Source: Octopus sinensis
Lineage: Eukaryota
DNA: 64,000 nucleotides
Reading direction: 5' to 3'
NCBI RefSeq assembly: GCF_006345805.1
Contig: NC_043003.1
Coordinates: 111,228,001 to 111,292,000 of the forward strand
Position 1 is the first letter of the stretch. Each line of letters starts with the position of its first letter. Made by a program: the position numbers and the translations under genes. The notes beneath the pieces were generated by a model, which saw only the letters and a program-made list of their open reading frames with translations, was not told the DNA's origin and made no database searches. Of the stretch, positions 54,363 through 64,000 are shown one piece after another.

Positions 54363-54891
54363 GCATAAATGCATACATGCATACATGAATAGAGACATAC
54401 ATATAGGCGTAAATCATGATCCTACCCAATCTTAACATTTGCATTTGCATATTACATAAGGAAAGTTATATCGGTATTCTTATTTAGAAGAAAATGTGGG
54501 ACGTAAAACAGAAATTTGAATGATATAAAACTTGGAATATACTGATATATGGCAGAAAGTAAAAGAATATATGTGAGCTATCGACCGTTAGTAACCGCAA
54601 AATTACTCAAATTCAGACAAGACGTATCCTCACACACAATGACACATGCACAACTTGACAAAACCACTGAGACCTGCTTCCAAGTACTCGCAGAAAAACG
54701 ACACGTCGGTTCACAGCTCGGGGCATGGAGTAATTTGATTTAGCATATGTGTATAAACAGCTAATCAAACATTTAATTTAATTACAAACACTAAGGTAGA
54801 ATTTCTTGCATTGTACTATCAGGTAATTTGATTATACTCACATGTCTTCCGCCCTTCTCCCTTTCTTTATTTCTTTCATTCTTCTCTCTTC

Positions 54892-54931
<40 letters not shown>

Positions 54932-55370
54932 ACGCGTTTTTGAGTTTTTTCGTGTCAGAGTATGTGCGAGTTTATAGGTGTGTATCTATTTCTAGTCATA
55001 TATTTTCACACATCAATACATACATAGATACATACATGTATAGATACGTACATATATACGATCTCACACACACACACACGCACAAACACACACACACACA
55101 AACACACACACATATATAGATATATGTATGACTGATTATATATACAAATATAATCGTAATTCACATAAATTTTATAATCATTTGCATTTCTGAAATTTGT
55201 CATTTTGATATTAGCTCAGGAGAATTTCTTTTTACTACATCGCCTTCATACACTTCTAACACAGACACATTCACAATCATACACACAAACACTGAAACAC
55301 CCACAGATAAATATATCTATCTATGCATACATATACATACATATGTATGTATGTATGTATAGATAGATAG

Positions 55371-55403
<33 letters not shown>

Positions 55404-55489
55404 TACATACATACATACATACATACATAGATATGTGTGTGTATATATATATATCTATATATGTGTGTGTATGTATATATCTATCTATC

Positions 55490-55527
<38 letters not shown>

Positions 55528-56387
55528 AGGGCGTGTATTTTGCCATTTGCAATTCTTTTGCTGCCAAATGCCTTTCGTTAGAAGATAATATCTCGTCTAA
55601 AAGCGAATTTCATTTATTTATTTACTTATTTATTTCATATTTACCATCCTGGCATTTTATAAACTTGTGCCCGATGAATAAATTCTCTTTGATTGACAAT
55701 TCGAAAGAAATATCATGAACATAGCATATATATCAACTGTCTCATATTCAATATAATTATGTCGAGTCTGCTTAAAAGTTATCTCATATCATACCGACTC
55801 ATCTGAAGGCAGTTAGTTATTAGTTATCTGAAAGTTTGCTAGCTCTAATGTCTCTACCTCTATGCATCAAGTTTTGTTTCCCTTTTATTTATCCTTATAA
55901 TCATATATTCATCTCTATATAGAGTGGCAATGAAATAAAGGAAACAAAATACAATAAATAGGCAGAGAGTGATGTGAGACTTTTAATTGTTCGTCTTTGA
56001 GATAAAAATGCAATTTACAGTGTATGCGCTTATGTTTGAAGTGCTTTGCTGATTGTTCTTTTTATATTTTTGAAAACTCGAGTTTATAGTAAATAATGTG
56101 CACATGCCCAACCCCGGCATAGATATGTATCCATAGATGTACTGATAGACAAATGCGAAATAAGACACACATGAACACTCTTACACATGCCTACATATAT
56201 ATACAAAATACAATAAATCGAACGACAGAGACATGTGAAGGAGTAAAAAAAACAAAGGAAAAACTGAAGAACGTTTTAAAGTTTCAAGTCTACTCTCTTC
56301 TACTGAGATGAATGAGGACAAAAAAGAGATGCAGGGTGATGAAAAAAGGGTGCGTGAATTAACTGTTGCACATGATATATGTATGTA

Positions 56388-56772
56388 TATGGTGGTTGTG
56401 TGGTAAGAAGCAAAGTTGCGGGTTCAGTTCCACTGCATGGTGACTTGAGCAACTGCTTTCTAATATAGCTGCGGTCTGACCAAAAACTTGCGAGTGCATT
56501 TGATAGACAGAATCTGTAAGAAGCCCGTCGTATATACGCATGCTTATATAGATCAATTTGTACATGTTGTTGTGTCTGTGTTTGTTCTCCACTACCGTTT
56601 CACAACCGCTATTAGTGTATTTACAGTCCCGTAACTTATTGGTCTTAGAAAAGAGACCGATAGAATAAGGTCTTAAAATATAATTACTGCGGTCGATTCA
56701 TTTGACGAGCAAACATTCAAGGTGGGGCCCCAGCATGACCGCAGTAAAATGTCTGAAAAATGTAAAAGATCA
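56388..56772 (+). mobile_element. Degenerate family-A SINE
   Basis: gtggttgtgtggtaagaagc...ggttcagttccactgcatgg...gagaccgatagaataagg...ccagcatgaccgcagt. Confidence 0.8.
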
Positions 56773-56864
56773 AAGATATGTATGTATATTCATGCATATT
56801 CATATTTCTGTGTGTATTGAGTACATATGTAATCGTACGTAAAAAATAAACATGTCTACATGTA

Positions 56865-56986
56865 CGAGGGATGTATGAAAATCTTGATCCTCCCCCAAAC
56901 AAAACATGGTGCAAGAATTCTTATGAATGTACATGACTTCAAGGCCTTTGAGACTTGAAAGTTCAAAACTTTTCACACATCCCTCG
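56865..56986. mobile_element. 122-bp mariner-type MITE with TA TSD
   Basis: TA|cgagggatgtatgaaa ... tttcacacatccctcg|TA; 16-bp TIR with one mismatch. Confidence 0.75.
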
Positions 56987-57530
56987 TATTTCTTTGTGTG
57001 TGTATGCGATTCAACAGTTGATTCAAACAATACTGTAAGCGTTATATACGTCTACGTTGTTATAAGTTCTGAATCAAAATGAAGAACAATTTAAATGTTT
57101 TAGGTACACATATTTAGTCAAATTTTGGTAATTTGATGTAATCTCACAAGATTAAGAGTGTCTTCATCGGTAAGTTAGTGTAAATTGATGATCTAATTCC
57201 TCCCTTCAAACTCCCAAAACAGAATTTGAAATGCATCCTAGTTTAATCCCCTTTTAAATAATAAATGTTTCCATTAGTTTTGCTAGTAGCTTCATGACAT
57301 TAATTAAACAGTATTTCAAAAATTCCCATCGCTGTCATAAATTGCATAACTGCCATAACGTCAAAGTTAAATATTCATTATCAAATAATACCGCTCCGAT
57401 CATTGACCGCTATACAAGAGAGAAGCACACATCATACATGTTTGACTTTACGTGTTAACCTGTTACTGCCGAAATATTAACAATTACGCATTGAAAAGCA
57501 CTGGTGTACGCAACAACCCTTACAACATAC

Positions 57531-57610
57531 CACGCATTCTCTAGACATTATCCACGCCGAATCACAAATCATTTTCATGGAAGATACACGCAACGTATGT
57601 GCTCCGTCCT
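57531..57610 (-). CDS. Candidate exon (phase 1 to 0; DGAHTLRVSSMKMICDSAWIMSRECV)
   Basis: Strong acceptor atatttctttatctctacag, strong donor GTG|gtatgt. Only one frame is open. Confidence 0.4.
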
Positions 57611-58655
57611 CTGTAGAGATAAAGAAATATTCATGTCCCTGAGCTGTTTTATGTGGAGTAACAAGGTGTACGAAAACGATTTCCCTCACACTGCAAGAAA
57701 CATCCTTGATAGGATCCCTCTTTACTCACGAAATGTTCGTAATTGCCAAAACTAAATTCATGACAAACTTTTCATATGCTACGTGCTTGCTCTAAACTAT
57801 TTGTTGTATTGCTGTCAAAGACAGTAAACCAATTTAACGAGCTTCAAACCAGCAGCTGCCCATAAACCGGATATTAACTAGTTCACTCACAACAACAAGA
57901 CAGCTTTCTGTAAGAAGTAGAGACTACTACGACTCGGTGGACGTGCTGGTCAAGCAAATTTATAAATGAATATACACCATCAATTCCTTTATCTCCCTAT
58001 GTAGAAATTGTTGTCTCTCTGCATGTGCGTGTATACTATTATGTGAGCGTGTTTTTATGGGCTTGTGGGCGTGTGTGAGTGTTCACATATTGACAAATAG
58101 CAATCCATATAAATAAATCAGTCTATAAATTGCATGAAAACCCCGATATCTAAAGCATATATAGAAACGGTACTAAATTTTTGCGAAACAGAATAAGTAT
58201 GAAATTGCTTGTCAGGAAGCAAAACTTTAAAAGGGACCTATTTTTCTTGGATCAGTGCCAGAAATCTTAGATTTGTTCTCTCAAAATTCCGCTTGGCACA
58301 TTCGTTCTGGGTCTCTTAATGATTTTCCACCTTTTCATCCGCCACTTCTATCTCTGTAACATCCTTCTCACTGGCAACGCATGCTATTCGGGTTTTCTCC
58401 ATCAAATGAATCTCCTATTAGGCAAATTGGTGCAACCGGTACTCCACGTTCCATATATAAATATATATGTGTGCATGCGCGTGCGCGTAGTGCATGCGTG
58501 TGTGTGTGTATGTGTATGTTTGTGTTTGTGGAGATGCGCAGTATGGTTCTGGACACTTTCCCTTTGAGTTTCACCTTGGGCAAGACCGTCCTGCTACAGC
58601 CCGAGTCTAACAGAAATTTGTAAGCGGATTTGATATTCGAATAGGTAGAGAAACC

Positions 58656-58761
<106 letters not shown>

Positions 58762-58794
58762 TGTCTGTGTGTGTGTGTGTGTGTTAAGCAGGGC

Positions 58795-59360
58795 GTCAGA
58801 CATTAAGGCAAGGCAAACATTTCAAGTCATATACAATATTATTACAGGAAGAGATTCAAAATCTTACACCTCTTTCTGGAATGTCCTCGTGTAAGGAATA
58901 CCCCTTCATCAGAGAAAAATTGGAACGATAAAATATTGAAAATGTGAATGGTATATATCAATAAGTTGACAACATAGTGGTAGGGACTAAATGAATAACG
59001 AGATGGAAGGAAAAGAAAACAAGGGGCATAAAAGTTGTCACCTTATTGATATATACCATTCTCATTTTCGGTATTTTCTGTCCCTAATTTGTGTCTAATA
59101 ACGGAATATCCCAAATTCGAAGATATCCCAGAAACAGCGGTAAGATTTTGAATGTCTTCCCGTCATAATATTGTATATGACTTGCCTTGCATTAATATTT
59201 AACGTCCAGTTTAACAATTATATATCTGCTATATCGGAAATCTGCAATGGCTCCATAACTACCGTCTCGGCTATAACCTTGGAGCCCCATTAATCCGTTA
59301 CAGCACTTACCTAGCGTACCTAATCGTTTAGATCACCTGTGAACTAAACCCCCATATTTT
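58795..59360. mobile_element. Family-G element: old inverted pair (about 58800-58970 vs 59040-59195) plus a shared 3' segment
   Basis: gcaaggcaa..gtcatatacaatattat..gaaga.attcaaaatctta and gaatggtatatatcaataag occur in both orientations. gcgtacctaatcgtttagatcac.tgtgaac matches about 20009-20040. Confidence 0.8.
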
Positions 59361-59361
59361 G

Positions 59362-59440
<79 letters not shown>

Positions 59441-59488
59441 TATACATATACAACACACACACGCATACACACACCACACACACACTAC

Positions 59489-59547
<59 letters not shown>

Positions 59548-60129
59548 ATACGTAATATTATCTACGTTTGTCCGACACCAACGCTTGACAATATCTTCCA
59601 ATTAAGCAAGTTCTCCAATCTGCTAAATTAGTTTTAAATCTCCAAATGAATAGATTGTTAAAACTTATGCTGCACTAGACTCCGTATAATAACATTGAAC
59701 ACGAAAATAAACATTGCTTTTGAAAATTAAACACTCAGTGTTCATTAAAATATCATTAAAATAACTATGCAAAATAACAGTCGCTGTGAAACGGTGATCA
59801 CAAGTTTGTTTCTAAAGAAACTGTTTGACTACAACTTAAGAGTAACAGTAATATTCTAATTTTCTAGCTTAAAGGTAGTTCATGTTGGTGTCAGGTAAGT
59901 TGCTAAGAAGTGATTACGTAAAATATATTTATATGTATATACGTTATAGTTTCAATTCACAGATACACGTTCTGCATTGAAATTGTATGTGGTGGAAAAT
60001 TAGACATCCCTGTATTTGTTCGTTATTCTACAGAAAATAGTTTTAAGACATATAGTAATATTTGTAATACTGAAAGGTGAGTTGATTATATATTTATATC
60101 ATTGGCCGTCGGTTTCTTATACATATGTA

Positions 60130-60164
<35 letters not shown>

Positions 60165-60318
60165 CATGTGATGGGATGACTGCAGAACGACCATTCGTTC
60201 ATGCGTAATAATCTTACTAAATGTGGTAATGGGATCAATCTTCCTTTGTATTCTGTGCTATGATATTTATTGGAGAAACGTGGGAATGAACAAAAGGTAT
60301 GGAAAGAAAACTATATAT

Positions 60319-60410
<92 letters not shown>

Positions 60411-61287
60411 GATATATACGTATATATATATATACATATATATATATACACACATATATAATATACACACGTATAATATTATATATAATATATATACGTA
60501 TATATATATATACGTATATATATATGTATATATATATATATATGTGTGTGTGTATGTGTGTGTATGTGTGTGAGACCTTGTGTGCGCGTGTGTGCTACAG
60601 GACATTGAATTAATAACGTGTGGAACAAAAGTCGTGTACATTCACTCGTAGAGAATTATAACAGATTTTCATTATAAAAACATACACACTCATATACCCA
60701 TTTTCACAAATGCACGCATAACTTTGAATCCTTATTACTGTTATTTCTTATACTCGATTTAACGCTGAAGATAATAGTGTGCAGGCTTCTTTGACATATT
60801 GCCCAACGATATATTTCTTTTAGGTAAATCATTTCTTATTTTGCATTATATTCATATATCCAAAACATATAGACAAAAAATGTAATTCAAGCAAAAGTGA
60901 CTTCACTTATCTGAAATGCCTGGCTTAATAATAAGACTTAAGAGTTCTGGAACAAGGATATTGGAACCCATGATTCTTTCCTCGGGTTTCCACATAATTA
61001 AGCATGCAGCTTCAAGCAAATATCGACATGCTTGCTTAAACCCGCATTATCATTGATATACTTTACCTTCTCTTTTAGATTTCACTTCTGTTTTCTACCA
61101 AATAACTGCTTTGTTTTCCTTTTAATCTTAGTGGGATTTTCTTTCATTCACACACATGTACATGTGAACCAACTGTGTGTATGTCACAATAATCTCAACG
61201 GTGAAGCCTTTGATTCCTCACTTGCGATTATGTGTTACAATTTATTATGTGTGTATATAAAATATGTGTGTGGTGCGTGTATGCGTG

Positions 61288-61350
<63 letters not shown>

Positions 61351-62620
61351 TATTGAATCTCTGAGTGAGATATAAACAGTAGCAATACGGAATCGTAACA
61401 TATAATTGCCACCCAAAAGTATGTGCGCATAATAACTCATGAGATCCTAAGTGTTGTACATATATTCTAAATTTTCGGGAATAAAACTAACATTATGACT
61501 AGAATAATGTCTTCCTCTCTTGTAAACCCAAACTAACACTGACGGCCATTTCAAAGAGAACACTTGTTAATGAGAGAATATCTCAATGAATCCTGTATGC
61601 TATTACGAGAGGAAAAGTACATTTTTCTACTAAAATCATAGCTGAGCGTAATATAGGAATAATCCACCTCCAGTTGACAATGGCTGTAACTTTCAATCAA
61701 TTGTGGAACAACCATCAACGCATCTCAGGATATACTATTGAATGCCTATCGTCGCCTCTCATAGAATTATAGAGCCGATGATTTTGTGATCGTCTCTCTC
61801 TGGACCACCAAAATTCCATTGTAATTCAAAAATACATCTGGCACTCTCTGAATAAGCATAGTACAGCTCATTTTCCCCTTGCTATCTGATAACAATACAC
61901 AATTCTTTTCACTTCCGAGTCCCTGTTGAAACTCTTTGAGGGAAATCAGATGTGTCCATCATATATAATTATGACATTTAATTACACCAAAATTCCGTAA
62001 GATTGCAAGCCAATTTTTCTAATTCTTATGGTCATCATATATCATCAAAAAATTTTGGTCCATAATCCCTCTTAGTCCCATTAGAGATTTCTTTTAGTCC
62101 AAACCCTTCTAGCTTCCACACACACACTGATTACTTTGTTGACCATCAAGAATCTTCATGTACAGTAACTTATGGCGGCCGAAGTTGAATACAAATCTGT
62201 ATTTCAGTAATGGTAAAATCATCTTTGCAAGAAGACTATATTTTCATCGCTGCAAAAACTATACAGCATGCATTGTTCTCTAAACCATATTATGACAGAA
62301 TATACCAAATATGTTTCTGAATATATTCTGTCTTATATGCTGCAAATCAATTTAAAAGAAAATAAAGATACAATTTGCAAATAACCATAATCAAATATCT
62401 GAAATTCAGCTGCAAAAGATTCAGACATCATACAGGTTTGCAAAATACAACTTTAGACGCATACGTGTGTTTCATTAAAAAGATAATAAGAAAATATAAC
62501 AAAAAAAAACATATAATATTAATAGAAGTTACAATTTATTTTAGCAAAATTGATTCCGTATTTCTTCGTCATACGAGAAACACCGTTTGCTGCACTGATA
62601 TAGCAACATCATTTTTTATT

Positions 62621-63058
62621 GAGAGGTAAGAAGGTTAGTTCCTAACCACATGGTTATCAGTTCATTCCCATTGCGTGGTAACTTGAGTGGATGTTTTCTA
62701 CTATAGACTCAGGTCGACCAAAGCGTTATAAGTGGATTTGTTAGACGAAAACTGAAAAAGGACTGCCATATGCGTGTGTGTGTGTACATGTGTGTGTGTG
62801 TGAATGCGTGTGTGTGTGCATGAATGTGTATGTTTGCAACTTTATGTCTGTGTTTGTTCCGAACGACAGCATGGCAAGAGGTGTTGGTCTGTTTACGTTC
62901 CCGTAACTTAGTTCAGCAAAAGCACCGATAGAATAAGCACAACGGGTTTTAAAACAATGTACAGGGTCGATTGGCTCGATTGAAATTCTTCAAAGTGGTG
63001 CCACCAGCACGGCTGCACTCTAATGATTGAAACGAGCAAACGCTAAAAGACAAAACAA
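62621..63058 (+). mobile_element. Degenerate family-A SINE
   Basis: cctaaccacatggttatcagttcattcccattgcgtgg...cgaccaaagc...ccgatagaataagcac...ccagcacggctgca. Confidence 0.8.
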
Positions 63059-63713
63059 AAGATATGCATATAAATGGAGGTTGGATCTTTTCTTTTTAAT
63101 TGAAAATTAATTAAATATGCTGTGCATGTTGAGAGACTAATGTTTACTCGTTATTCACAATGATTGCTAGTGACTAACTGGCTCATACGGCTGTAACACA
63201 AACCTGCGGGTTGGTGCTTCTGTGTTCTACATCCGAATCGATCGTCTGTCCTGGACATGATCAACATGCGATTTCGATGATCGTAAATGAGTCTTGATTT
63301 GCTAGTCATTGCAAACGAAATCTATAATGAATTTGATTGTGTGTTTCGTGCTCCCTAGCGGTATGAGATGTAGCATTTCATGAAATAAATACCACTCTAG
63401 CACATGTCGATATAATCATGTAAAGCCTAGAAGGCGGATATTGCACGACTAAAGTTCAGCTTACTGAATCTAATGAAAAACATTGCAGAAGAGAACAATA
63501 AGTATCGATAAATGTTGTATGGAGTATCAGACCCAGAATCTAAGAGAGTACTGTATCTACGGAGGAAATTTATTACGAGACATATTGTATAAACCCGCTC
63601 AGAGATTTCTTATTGCTCGTTTACACTTTTTCGATATCAGTGTCTTTACGTCACTGCAAAAATGATATATATTTGCAGAGGAAGGTCTACTTTTCGTCGA
63701 CAGCCTTGATTGT

Positions 63714-63758
63714 CACACGCTGATGACGGGTCAATACCCAGAAACTCGAGTCCGTGTG
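63714..63758 (+). ncRNA. Minimal type I hammerhead ribozyme (PLE/retrozyme type, palindromic stem III)
   Basis: Stem I cacacg (63714-19) pairs with cgugug (63753-58). Core CUGAUGA 63720-26. Stem II c-GGG ucaaua CCC-a. GAA-ACUCGAGU (palindrome), then C17 at 63752 (GUC triplet). Distal ugau/auca pairing. Confidence 0.75.
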
Positions 63759-64000
63759 TATCATAGGTTGAAGACGGGAAGGATGGCTTCCCTTTGCAAA
63801 AACTGATAGGGCACAGAAAGTGCGTCAATAGCCAGCTAGAGGGGGTGTCCTCCTGGGGCTAAAAGCTACAGTAGCATCCACCCTTAGGGCTTAGCCATAT
63901 TTAAATGGCAAATATACCTCACGATATTCTATAACGTTATATTCAAACAACTAAACATGTTATTACATAAATTTCGTCTTTCTTTTCCATAAAATAAATT

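Noticed and set aside
61700-61960. - strand frame LKEFQQGLGSEKNCVLLSDSKG, possibly a MULE transposase relic
   Set aside because: Single weak motif with multiple stops nearby. It cannot be supported without a profile search.
63803-63835. ctgatagggcacagaaagtgcgtc as a second HHR
   Set aside because: G8/A9 are wrong and GAAA lies inside the loop rather than after stem II.

Overview
AT-rich, microsatellite-saturated eukaryotic genomic DNA. The tRNA-headed SINEs and the (AT)n/(GT)n/(GATA)n density best fit an octopus (coleoid cephalopod) genome; this assignment rests on repeat recognition and was not checked by a search. No long ORF exists, and almost all listed ORFs are microsatellite read-through. 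The window holds at least four SINE families; decayed RT fragments of a Penelope-like element (PLE), a CR1/L2-type LINE and an RTE-type LINE; TA-flanked Tc1/mariner-type TIR elements; several long foldback palindromes; two tandem duplications that look like long-read assembly artefacts; and scattered short GT-AG exon candidates suggesting one + strand and one - strand spliced gene converging near 8-9 kb. The most notable signal is a set of hammerhead-ribozyme (HHR) motifs in five unrelated repeat families. One is a near-intact minimal type I HHR at 63714-63758. Two more form a divergent pair in the arms of a 578-bp foldback element (26404-26981). Degenerate or variant cores occur in a second foldback family, in a tRNA-headed SINE and in a third dispersed repeat.
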